Shown here: one piece after another, positions 1 through 7,980 of the stretch
Position numbering within the stretch: position 1 is the first letter of the stretch
Layout: each line of letters begins with the position of its first letter
Assembly (NCBI GenBank): GCA_963788145.1
Contig: CAWBFQ010000014.1
Span: 86,954-150,953 of the forward strand
Origin: an uncultured Chloroflexia bacterium
GTDB lineage: Bacteria; Chloroflexota; Anaerolineae; Anaerolineales; UBA4823
Direction: 5' to 3'
DNA length: 64,000 nt
Made by a program: the position numbers and the translations under genes
Notes under the pieces: model-generated
Database searches by the model: none
Seen by the model: the letters and a program-made list of their open reading frames with translations, nothing else
Told to the model about the DNA's origin: nothing

Positions 1-27
1 TCTTGTAAGAAAATTCCTACTTTTTAG

Positions 28-100
28 CGCCCCAGGCGGGAGTCGAACCCACAACCTCGGCCTTAGGAGAGCCTCGCTCTATCCTTTGAGCTACTGGGGC
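28..100 (-). tRNA. tRNA-Arg (anticodon CCT)
   Basis: The reverse complement folds by hand into a 73-nt cloverleaf. Acceptor stem GCCCCAG/CTGGGGC, D stem GCTC/GAGC, anticodon loop CTCCTAA (CCT), T arm GTGGG-TTCGACT-CCCGC, discriminator G. The 3' CCA is not encoded. Confidence 0.85.
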
Positions 101-130
101 GAATGGCTAGATTATAATCTCATTTTGGAG

Positions 131-168
131 AAAAAAAGAGCGCGGCGGATTACTGTCGCGCTCTTTTT
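131..168 (-). terminator. Rho-independent terminator after sdhB (hairpin usable in both directions)
   Basis: AAAAAAAGAGCGCG, 12-nt loop, CGCGCTCTTTTT. On the minus strand the GC stem is followed by a 7-U tract, about 28 nt after the sdhB stop at 196. Confidence 0.7.
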
Positions 169-195
169 CTGTATTGTAAGCAGCAGTCTTCTACC

Positions 196-901
196 TTACT
201 CCAGGCTGCCGGTTGCAATCGCCTTCTTCACCTCGCCAATCGCCTTGGTCACCTGGATCTCGCGCGGGCAGGCTTCGGTGCAATTGAAGATGGTATGGCA
301 GCGATAAACCCCAAACTGGCTGTTCAGGATTTTCAAACGCTCGGCTGCGCCCCGGTCGCGGCTGTCGAAGATAAAGCGGTGGGCAGCCACAATTGCAGCC
401 GGGCCGACATACTTTTCGTTCACCCAGAATGAGGGGCAGGAGGTGGTGCAGCAGGCGCACAGGATGCACTTGGTCGTATCATCGAAGCGCTCGCGGTCCT
501 CGGGACTTTGCAGGCGCTCCTTCTTGGGTTCCGGCTCATCATTGACCAGGAAAGGCAGCACCGAGCGGTAATGCTCGAAGAAAGGATCCATATCGACAAT
601 GAGATCTTTGACCACCCGCATCCCCAGGATTGGCTCGACAGTAATCTTGGCGCTGCCAACATCCTTGACCAGCATCTTGCAGGCCAGGCGGTTGCGCCCA
701 TTGATACGCATGAGCATCTGACCCGCAAATACCGTGGGCGCACGATCGCCGAAAGGAGAGTGTGCCGTCAAAATTGCCCTTGATGTATTCAAGCAGGTCC
801 AGGACTCGGTCTGTCGGCTCAGCCTCAACCTTGTAGGAATCATAATGAGGCTTCTTGTCAGCTTCGGGGTTATAACGGAATATTTTCAGGGTTACTTCCA
901 T
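196..901 (-). CDS. sdhB: succinate dehydrogenase/fumarate reductase iron-sulfur subunit, frame broken by one extra base near 712
   Basis: The N-terminal part (MEVTLKIFRYNPE...SFRRSCAHGICGSDA) lies in the frame of ORF 539..988, starting at ATG 901 with GGAGG just upstream. The C-terminal part (MRINGRNRLACK...CILCACCTTSCP...CHTIFNCTEACP, Fe-S cysteine clusters) lies in ORF 196..843. The span is 706 nt, i.e. 235 codons plus 1 nt. Confidence 0.85.
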
Positions 902-917
902 TGCAGCCTCCCAGCCA

Positions 918-2711
918 CTAATAAACGCGCTCTTTCGGCTTATATTTGGTGATGACCACCGGTTTATATCCCAGATCCACCTTGCCATCCTTCAGCCAGG
1001 CCAGGGTATGCTTCAGCCAGTTTACATCATCGCGCTTGGGGAAGTCTTCGCGGGCATGCCCGCCGCGGCTCTCTTGACGAGCCAGCGCCGAAACGGTGGT
1101 GACCTCCGCCAGCTCCAGCAGATTTCTCAACTCCCAGATGTTCAGCAAATCCGTGTTGAAAATTTTGGCAGAGTCTGGCGTTCGGATGTGTTTCAAGCGC
1201 TCTTGCAGTTCGCGCACCTTTTCAAGAGCTTTCTCCATCCCGACCGCGGTCCGGAAAACGCCGACCTCGTCGAACATGATCGATTTCATTTCATTCCCAA
1301 TCACGTAGGCCTTTTCATCCCCGCTGCTGTTCCCGATCGCGTCCATCTGCTGACGGGTGTAATCGGTCGGATCAGCCGGCAATACCTGGAAAGAGGCGCC
1401 ATTCGCATACTCGGCTGCGCGCAGACCAGCGTGCTTGCCAAAGACAATCAGATCCACTAAGGAGTTTGTCCCAAGACGATTAGCGCCATGCACCGATACA
1501 CAGGCGCACTCACCGGCTGCGTATAAACCTGGTAGAACGGTATTCTGATCATCGATGACCACCTCCCCATATTGATTGGTGGGTATGCCTCCCATCGCGT
1601 AATGCGCTGTTGGTTGGATCGGCATCATCTGTGAAACCGGATCGACACCCAGATAGGTGCGAGCAAAATCGACAATATCCGGCAGCTTGGAGAGCAATTC
1701 CTCGCCGGTCACCACGTAGGGCGATCCGTCCAGGCGCTTGCGCCCGTCCACTGCGGCGTATTTATTGACCGTCTCCGGGCGCATATCCAGATATAAGTAG
1801 CGCTTGCCATTGATGCCACGCCCCTCACGCATTTCCAGATACATCGCCCGGCTGACCACATCACGCGAGGCCAGGTCTTTTACGGTTGGGGCGTAGCGTT
1901 CCATGAAGCGCTCGCCCTTGTCATTAATCAGCACCCCGCCCTCGCCGCGCACGCCCTCGGTGATCAAAATACCCAGTTTAAAAATCCCAGTCGGGTGGAA
2001 CTGAAAAAACTCCATATCTTCTAACGGGATGCCGCGCCGGTATAAAATAGCCGGGCCGTCACCCGTAAAGGTGTAGGCGTTAGAGGTGATCTCCCAGATG
2101 CGGCCATGCCCGCCGGTGGCGAAGATGATAGCTTTGGCGTGAAAGACATGCAGTTCGCCGGTGGCTAATTCAATCGCGACAATCCCGGCAGCCGCGCCGT
2201 TCTCAATCAGCACATCCATCACCTGAAATTCGTCATAAAAATTGACATGGTTCTTGATGCATTGCTGGTACAGGGTTTGCAGGATCATATGCCCGGTGCG
2301 GTCGGCGGCGTAACAGGCCCGGTTGACCGGTTTCCCGGTGATGTTGTTGGTATGCCCGCCGAATGGGCGCTGAGCGATCCGCCCTTCTGCCGTCCGCGAG
2401 AAAGGCAAGCCCATATGCTCCAGCTCATAGACAGCCGGGATCGCCTCTGCGCACATGAATTCGATCGCGTCCTGGTCACCCAGGTAATCGCTGCCTTTGA
2501 CGGTATCAAAGGTATGCCATTCGTAGTGATCTTCCCCCTCGTTCCCCAGGGCTGCCCCCACGCCTCCCTGGGCTGTGCCAGTGTGAGAACGGGTGGGATA
2601 GAGTTTGGTGATCACTGCTGTGCTGGCAGTTTTTGAGGCGTACAAGGCAGACATCAAACCCGCGCCGCCAGCGCCAACCACAATCACATCGAATTGATGG
2701 GTTTTGCTCAT
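918..2711 (-). CDS. sdhA: succinate dehydrogenase/fumarate reductase flavoprotein subunit
   Basis: 597 aa. N-terminal FAD fold DVIVVGAGGAGL, the RSHTGTAQGG covalent-FAD histidine region, and HPTG and GECACVSVHGANRLG motifs. It lies directly upstream of sdhB. Confidence 0.95.
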   Translation of the reverse strand: MSKTHQFDVIVVGAGGAGLMSALYASKTASTAVITKLYPTRSHTGTAQGGVGAALGNEGEDHYEWHTFDTVKGSDYLGDQDAIEFMCAEAIPAVYELEHMGLPFSRTAEGRIAQRPFGGHTNNITGKPVNRACYAADRTGHMILQTLYQQCIKNHVNFYDEFQVMDVLIENGAAAGIVAIELATGELHVFHAKAIIFATGGHGRIWEITSNAYTFTGDGPAILYRRGIPLEDMEFFQFHPTGIFKLGILITEGVRGEGGVLINDKGERFMERYAPTVKDLASRDVVSRAMYLEMREGRGINGKRYLYLDMRPETVNKYAAVDGRKRLDGSPYVVTGEELLSKLPDIVDFARTYLGVDPVSQMMPIQPTAHYAMGGIPTNQYGEVVIDDQNTVLPGLYAAGECACVSVHGANRLGTNSLVDLIVFGKHAGLRAAEYANGASFQVLPADPTDYTRQQMDAIGNSSGDEKAYVIGNEMKSIMFDEVGVFRTAVGMEKALEKVRELQERLKHIRTPDSAKIFNTDLLNIWELRNLLELAEVTTVSALARQESRGGHAREDFPKRDDVNWLKHTLAWLKDGKVDLGYKPVVITKYKPKERVY

Positions 2712-2727
2712 TACATCACTCCTGACT

Positions 2728-3156
2728 TCAGGATGCCAAAATTACATAAACGCCAATGATGAGCAAGAAGAGCCAGAGCAGCAAGATTAAACCGCGCATC
2801 AAAACACGTGCCCAGGAACTGCCGGTATAATCCTCTATCACCACTCGCAAACCATTCATGCCATGTGTAACGCCAAAAACCAGGATCAACATCTGCATCA
2901 CCTGCCACCAGGCGTTGGCCCATCCCAGGGTGACGTCGGGGATATTTGTATTCACCACATGGTTTGGGTTAGGAAAGAACGTCCAGCGCGCCAACGCGTC
3001 GATATTTACCTGGTTGCGAGCGCCCATCACGAACGCTGTCGCCAGGCCGATAAAAGCCAGAAGGTAAAGCCCCAGACCCGAAAGCCGGGTAAAAACCCAC
3101 ATGAGATATTCGAAGTTCAAGCCTATTTGGGGAGCTGAACGAGAGCTCATATCCAT
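2728..3156 (-). CDS. sdhD: succinate dehydrogenase hydrophobic membrane anchor subunit (SdhD-like)
   Basis: 142 aa with three predicted TM helices. Positioned between sdhC and sdhA in the same operon. The assignment rests on position and hydrophobicity only. Confidence 0.6.
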   Translation of the reverse strand: MDMSSRSAPQIGLNFEYLMWVFTRLSGLGLYLLAFIGLATAFVMGARNQVNIDALARWTFFPNPNHVVNTNIPDVTLGWANAWWQVMQMLILVFGVTHGMNGLRVVIEDYTGSSWARVLMRGLILLLWLFLLIIGVYVILAS

Positions 3157-3183
3157 TCTCCTTTTCCAGTAACCCTCTGCATG

Positions 3184-3570
3184 CTAACCGCCGCGCAGCC
3201 GATTGAGGATCATAATGACCACCGTCATCCCATACGATGGGATAAAGATCAGCCACTGCAGCCAGGTAGCTTCGCGTTGGAATTCCAACGCCTTCGGCCA
3301 TAAATCCAGGATGATAATGCGCAACCCATTGATGGCGTGAAAAAACACGATGAAGATCACCACAATCTGAAAATAGAGCGATTCGTAGATGATGTTGATC
3401 GTGGTCGCCCAGTCGCTCCCAAATTGCTGCATAAAGAACGAGGCGACCACGTGCAGCCCAACAAACAGGACAATCGCCAGACCGCTGATTCGGTGAAGCG
3501 CCCAGGCAAGCATTGGACCTCCACCCCTATACTTGAGGCCTTTCAGTCCGACATTTCTTTTCAGAGCCAT
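3184..3570 (-). CDS. sdhC: succinate dehydrogenase cytochrome b subunit (SdhC-like)
   Basis: ORF 3184..3630. It contains LAWALHRISGLAIVLFVGLHV and FFHAINGLR (haem-ligand histidines) in three TM helices. I prefer the ATG at 3570 (MALKRNVG...), 6 nt after GAGGAG. The upstream ATGs at 3597 and 3630 remain possible. Confidence 0.7.
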   Translation of the reverse strand: MALKRNVGLKGLKYRGGGPMLAWALHRISGLAIVLFVGLHVVASFFMQQFGSDWATTINIIYESLYFQIVVIFIVFFHAINGLRIIILDLWPKALEFQREATWLQWLIFIPSYGMTVVIMILNRLRGG

Positions 3571-3668
3571 GTGCATCTCCTCTTCGACTGTATTCATATG
3601 AGGATTTTTTGGGGGACAAACTATAGACATATTATACTAACGAATTTTGTTGTTCTGCCCAAAAGAAA

Positions 3669-3684
3669 GGTGACAAAGATCACA
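3669..3684. promoter_or_regulatory. CRP/FNR-like inverted repeat GGTGA-N6-TCACA in the sdh / bc divergent promoter region
   Basis: Sequence aaagGTGACaaagaTCACActtt. It shares the GTGAC-N4-(G/A)TCA(C/T) core with the sites at 7884-7899 and 20632-20647. Confidence 0.35.
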
Positions 3685-3820
3685 CTTTCTTGGTTGCTAT
3701 TATCATAAGCATAGAATTTACTTTCATCTATAATACGGATACGTGGAGAAATGGGTGGGCATGAAGCGATGCCCTTACCAGTATTTTGTTATCTGTCCCG
3801 CTTGAAATTTCACAAAATAC

Positions 3821-3849
3821 TTGAACGACTCCGCTAACACGGGTAAAAT
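3821..3849 (+). promoter_or_regulatory. sigma70-type promoter candidate for the Rieske/cytochrome b operon
   Basis: TTGAAC (3821-3826), 17-nt spacer, TAAAAT (3844-3849), about 80 nt upstream of the Rieske start codon. Confidence 0.35.
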
Positions 3850-3928
3850 CCATCACAATGAAATATTGGATAAAGTTTTTTCATCTGATGACGCCCTGAA
3901 AAGAAATTTGCAGCCAAAGGAGGAACGG

Positions 3929-4414
3929 ATGACAAAATCTCCCCATCTTACCAGAAATGATTTCGTCAAAGGCGTGGTGGGTGTATTGGGAACGATCATG
4001 GGAGTGGTCGTTGGATTACCAGCCATAGGCTATGTGCTCTCCCCGGCTTTAAAAAAGAGCGCATCCGAGGCCTGGATTCCAATAGGACCGCTCGAAACCT
4101 ATCCCATCGGCGCTCCAACGCCTTTCAATTTCACCCGCACCAAGATCAATGGTTGGGAAAAAACCGTTAACAGTTATGGGGTTTATATCTACCGAAAGAG
4201 CGAATCGGATACGATCGTATTCTCGAATGTGTGCACCCATCTGAGCTGCAGGGTAATCTGGCACGAAGACCTTCAAGAGTATCTTTGTCCCTGCCACGAC
4301 GCCCACTTTGGCTCTCTTGGCGAGATCATCAGCGGGCCTCAACCGCGCCCATTAGATACCTACGAGACAAAAATCGAAGAAGGCAATCTATTCATTCACT
4401 TCGTGGAAGGTTAG
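3929..4414 (+). CDS. Rieske 2Fe-2S subunit of a cytochrome bc-type complex
   Basis: CTHLSCRV and CPCHDAHF Rieske boxes plus an N-terminal TM helix. ATG 3929 is preceded by AGGAGGAA. ORF 3821..4414 contains this reading frame. Confidence 0.85.
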   Translation: MTKSPHLTRNDFVKGVVGVLGTIMGVVVGLPAIGYVLSPALKKSASEAWIPIGPLETYPIGAPTPFNFTRTKINGWEKTVNSYGVYIYRKSESDTIVFSNVCTHLSCRVIWHEDLQEYLCPCHDAHFGSLGEIISGPQPRPLDTYETKIEEGNLFIHFVEG

Positions 4415-4416
4415 AT

Positions 4417-5077
4417 ATGGCGAATAAAACGTTTGCCTGGCTTGACGAACGACTGGGATTGACAACGATTTATAATACCGTTTTGGATCGTAAGGTTCCC
4501 AAAGTAAACTGGTGGTTTACTTTGGGAAGCGCCAGCGCTATTTTGTTCGCGCTGCAAGCAGTAACCGGCATGTTCCTCACCATTTATTACGTCCCTTCCC
4601 CCGATCAGGCTTATGACAGCATCCAATACATCATGAACGGCGTCGCCTTCGGCTGGTTGATCCGCGGGATTCATCACTGGGGAGCATCCTTGATGGTGAT
4701 CGTCGTGTTCGTGCACATGCTGCGCACATTCTATTATGCAGCCTATAAATATCCACGTGAATTCACCTGGATCACTGGGGTGATCTTGCTCCTGACAACC
4801 CTGGGAATGGGTTTCACCGGGTATTTGCTGCCATGGAACCAGCGAGCCTATTGGGCGACAACCGTTGGAACGGAAATCGCCGGCACTGTTCCGGTTCTTG
4901 GACCATTTATCAACAGCGTGCTGCGCGGCGGAACAGACCTGAGCGCAGTGACCCTGACTCGCTTCTTTGCTGTGCATATCTGGTTCTTGCCGGCTGTGAT
5001 CGGCGCTGCTGATTGGCGTGCATATCTACATGGTCATTAAGTTGGGGATTTCCCACGTTCCCGACAAAGAGGACTGA
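4417..5077 (+). CDS. cytochrome b (b6-like N-terminal type), frame broken by one extra base near 5002
   Basis: MANKTFAWLDERLGL...GWLIRGIHHWGASLMV...LPWNQRAYWATTVG...FFAVHIWFLPAVI lies in ORF 4231..5040. The expected continuation ALLIGVHIYMVIKLGISHVPDKED* is in the +1 frame and ends at 5077. Confidence 0.85.
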
Positions 5078-5095
5078 GGGGAGAGGAGCACAGCC

Positions 5096-6310
5096 GTGAA
5101 CGAAGAACAAAAACAACAATACCTGTATAAGTACAAAAAAGCCAAGGAAAAAGGCGTCAAGTTCTACCCGGATATCATTTATAAAGATCTTTTGGTCGCA
5201 TTTGCGATCTTTATCCTCCTGATCATGCTGGCGACCTTCATTGGCGTTGCTAATGAGCCAAAAGCGGACCCAAGCGATAGCAATTACATCCCGCGTCCGG
5301 AATGGTATTTCCTCTTCCTGTTCGAAATGTTGAAGTTTTTCCCCGGCCAAATCGAGTGGGTTGGCACATTCATCATCCCCTCCGTGGCGGTCCTGACGCT
5401 CTTCTTACTCCCATTCTTGGACCGAAGCCCCTACCGACATGCCAGCAAGCGAAAAATCTCGCTTGCGGTGATGGGAATTGTCGTCTTAGGGATGATAGGA
5501 CTGACCGTTCGGGCTGTCGCAACCACTCCCCCACAAGAGGAAGCAGCCCCTCTTGCAGAAACGCTATCGGAACGAATTTTGCTGGGTCAAGATTTGTATT
5601 CCATTAACTGCGTCGAATGCCACGGAGCAGAAGGCGAAGGCGGCGAGATCAAGGGCGTCGAAGGGCTGGAAGGCTTCTTGATGAAACCGATCAATACTCA
5701 GGATGAAATGTACACCCGCACCGACGAGACCTTGTTTGACATCATCAATTATGGACAACCCGGCCTGGGAATGCAGCCCTTTGGCAAGGCCTTTGGCGGC
5801 GAGCTGGCTATTGGCGAGATCGAAGCCATCGTAGACTTTATGCGCTATACCTGGGACGACCGGGCCGAATTGCCGCAGGAGGTGACCCAGGCATCCGCCC
5901 TGCCAGCCCTGGGAGAAAATGAAATTCCTTCCTATGACGCTCACATTGCGCCTCTGATCAAACGCTATTGCCTTTCTTGCCATCGACCAGGCAAGGAAAA
6001 CAACAACTACCTGATGCAGACCTATGCAGAAGTCATGACCAGCGGCGATAACGCACCCAATATCATCGCCGGCGACCTGACCAGTAATATGATCCGGATG
6101 CTCAACCGGGAGGAGATCGATGCAGGCGGCCCGATGCCGCCGACCAAGGCGCTCAAACCCGAGATCATCGACATCTTCACCCGCTGGGTGGCTGGCGGAG
6201 CACCGCAAACAGCGGAGGAAGCTGCAGCCGCAGCGACTGGGGCAATCATCACCACTACAGTAACTGCGCCGTCCACATTACCGATCACAACCACCCTGAC
6301 GTCGCCCTGA
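5096..6310 (+). CDS. cytochrome bc subunit IV-like domain fused to a dihaem c-type cytochrome
   Basis: N-terminal PEWYFLFLFEMLKF (cytochrome b C-terminal/subunit IV motif) with three TM helices, then two CxxCH sites (CVECH, CLSCH), then a Thr/Ala-rich C-terminal tail. GTG start after GGAGAGGAG. Confidence 0.8.
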   Translation: MNEEQKQQYLYKYKKAKEKGVKFYPDIIYKDLLVAFAIFILLIMLATFIGVANEPKADPSDSNYIPRPEWYFLFLFEMLKFFPGQIEWVGTFIIPSVAVLTLFLLPFLDRSPYRHASKRKISLAVMGIVVLGMIGLTVRAVATTPPQEEAAPLAETLSERILLGQDLYSINCVECHGAEGEGGEIKGVEGLEGFLMKPINTQDEMYTRTDETLFDIINYGQPGLGMQPFGKAFGGELAIGEIEAIVDFMRYTWDDRAELPQEVTQASALPALGENEIPSYDAHIAPLIKRYCLSCHRPGKENNNYLMQTYAEVMTSGDNAPNIIAGDLTSNMIRMLNREEIDAGGPMPPTKALKPEIIDIFTRWVAGGAPQTAEEAAAAATGAIITTTVTAPSTLPITTTLTSP

Positions 6311-6457
6311 GAGATAGCAATACCTGGAGAACCTGCAATGCGCCATCACCACAACGATCCCCGGTCACCCATCCCAGTCACACTGCTGCCGGGCAACACG
6401 CATCCATCAAAGAGGATATCGTAGCCACATCAACAATTTGCAGAACCCAGATTGCAC

Positions 6458-6491
6458 ACAGGGGCTGCCCGCTAAAATGGGCAGCCCCTGT
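6458..6491. terminator. GC-rich hairpin between convergent cytochrome c and icd genes
   Basis: ACAGGGGCTGCCC, 8-nt loop, GGGCAGCCCCTGT (13-bp stem). The T tracts are weak on both strands. Confidence 0.45.
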
Positions 6492-6523
6492 CCTATTTCA
6501 TTCACAGCATTCAAAGCTGACGC

Positions 6524-7825
6524 TTAATCCATATTCCGGATCACGGCATCGCCAAACTCAGAGCATTTGAGCAGGGTCGCTCCTTCCATCAATCGATGGA
6601 AATCATATGTGACCGTCCTGGCTGCAATAGCCCCTTCCACTCCCTTCACCACCAGATCGGCTGCTTCTTCCCAACCCATATAGCGCAGCATCATTTCGCC
6701 AGATAGGATGACCGAGCCAGGGTTGACCATATCTTTATCGGCGTATTTCGGAGCTGTGCCATGCGTGGCCTCAAATACCGCGTGCCCGGTTGCGTAATTG
6801 ATATTCCCGCCAGGGGCAATCCCAATCCCACCCACCTGAGCTGCCAGGGCGTCGGACAGGTAGTCGCCGTTCAGATTCATGGTCGCAAGCACATCGAATT
6901 CCTTAGCTCGAGTGATCGTCTGCTGAAAGACGATATCGGCGATCACGTCCTTGATCAATAACTTGCCCGCTTTCAGAGCTGCATCTTGCTCCGCATTGGC
7001 TGCATCTTCGCCTTTCTCCGCCTTTGTCTCTTCCCACCTGGCCCAGGTGTAGATGCGCTCGCCAAAAAATTGCTCTGCAACTTGATAACCCCAATTACGA
7101 AAGGCGCCTTCTGTATATTTCATGATATTGCCCTTGTGCACCAGGGTAACACTGCGGCGATGGTTGTCCAATGCCCATTGAATAGCAGCTTTGACCAGGC
7201 GGGCAGTGCCTTCTTCCGAAACCGGTTTGATCCCGATCCCGGCGCTCTCTGGAAAGCGGATCTTGGCATATTCCTGGGGAAACTGCTCGCGCAGCAATGC
7301 TTTAAAACGATCGCTCTCCGCAGTCCCATTTTCGAATTCGATCCCAGTGTAGATATCCTCGGTGTTCTCGCGGAAGATTACCATATCCACATATTCAGGA
7401 TGCTTGACCGGGGTAGGAACCCCATTGAAATAATGCACCGGTCGCTGGCAAACGTAAAGATCTAGCGCTTTACGCAAGGCCACGTTGAGCGAGCGAAAAC
7501 CGCCGCCGATGGGAGTTGTGAGTGGACCTTTGATGCCCACCAGAAATTCCCTGAAAGCAGCCACGGTCTCATCCGGCAGCCAGGATCCAAAATTCTTAAA
7601 AGCTTTCTCACCGGCAAAGACTTCCATCCATTCGATCGATCGCCGTCCGTTGTATGCTTTTTGAACGGCTGCGTCCATCACTTTGACCGAAGCTCTCCAG
7701 ATATCCGGACCGGTTCCATCGCCCTCGACAAATGGAATGATCGGATGATCTGGCACATGCAACTTTCCCCCAGAAATGGAAATCTTTTCACCCTTCCCGG
7801 GTACTTTCACAATCGTATAATTCAT
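6524..7825 (-). CDS. icd: NADP-dependent isocitrate dehydrogenase
   Basis: [19 protein letters not shown] and [23 protein letters not shown] motifs. ATG 7825 ([10 protein letters not shown]...) is preceded by GGAGAAAGG. The ORF track extends to 7882. Confidence 0.9.
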   Translation of the reverse strand: MNYTIVKVPGKGEKISISGGKLHVPDHPIIPFVEGDGTGPDIWRASVKVMDAAVQKAYNGRRSIEWMEVFAGEKAFKNFGSWLPDETVAAFREFLVGIKGPLTTPIGGGFRSLNVALRKALDLYVCQRPVHYFNGVPTPVKHPEYVDMVIFRENTEDIYTGIEFENGTAESDRFKALLREQFPQEYAKIRFPESAGIGIKPVSEEGTARLVKAAIQWALDNHRRSVTLVHKGNIMKYTEGAFRNWGYQVAEQFFGERIYTWARWEETKAEKGEDAANAEQDAALKAGKLLIKDVIADIVFQQTITRAKEFDVLATMNLNGDYLSDALAAQVGGIGIAPGGNINYATGHAVFEATHGTAPKYADKDMVNPGSVILSGEMMLRYMGWEEAADLVVKGVEGAIAARTVTYDFHRLMEGATLLKCSEFGDAVIRNMD

Positions 7826-7883
7826 AATGACCTTTCTCCACTCGCCTGATTTAGTGACCTTTAGATGCATTATAGCAAACAAA

Positions 7884-7905
7884 GGTGACGATTGTCATAT
7901 GACAA
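7884..7905. promoter_or_regulatory. operator-like inverted repeats in the icd / ATPase divergent region
   Basis: aaagGTGACgattgTCATAt overlaps the perfect 14-bp palindrome TTGTCATATGACAA (7892-7905). Confidence 0.35.
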
Positions 7906-7941
7906 ATTAGCAGGTTGACAAATACTAGCTCATAACAGACA

Positions 7942-7950
7942 TGCTATAAT
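7942..7950 (+). promoter_or_regulatory. extended -10 promoter element TGCTATAAT upstream of the P-type ATPase
   Basis: TGnTATAAT lies 31 nt upstream of ATG 7981. The identical 9-mer recurs upstream of pcrA (28693-28701). Confidence 0.4.
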
Positions 7951-7980
7951 GTCTCGACCATCCTGACTGGAGAAAGATCA

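Noticed and set aside
4231-4416. Long N-terminal extension of the cytochrome b ORF overlapping the Rieske gene
   Set aside because: The extension is Arg/Ser-rich out-of-frame read-through of the Rieske coding region. The conserved cytochrome b N-terminus starts at ATG 4417, right after the Rieske stop, with GGAAGG upstream.
5564-6208. Long antisense ORFs inside real genes (e.g. 5564..6208, 42737..43261, 59776..60339, 52829..53386, 56047..56658, all minus strand)
   Set aside because: They lie fully inside plus-strand genes with clear family motifs. Their translations are Arg/Gly/Pro-rich with no motifs. They are typical shadow ORFs of moderately GC-rich coding sequence.
6339-6422. 27-codon ORF MRHHHNDPRSPIPVTLLPGNTHPSKRIS downstream of the cytochrome c gene
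   Set aside because: It has only a weak GGAGAA upstream and low-complexity content. It lies in the 3' region before a hairpin, and I have no way to test conservation.
7915-7950. TTGACA (7915-7920) paired with TATAAT (7945-7950) as a consensus promoter
   Set aside because: The spacer is 24 nt, too long for sigma70. I kept only the extended -10 element (TGCTATAAT).
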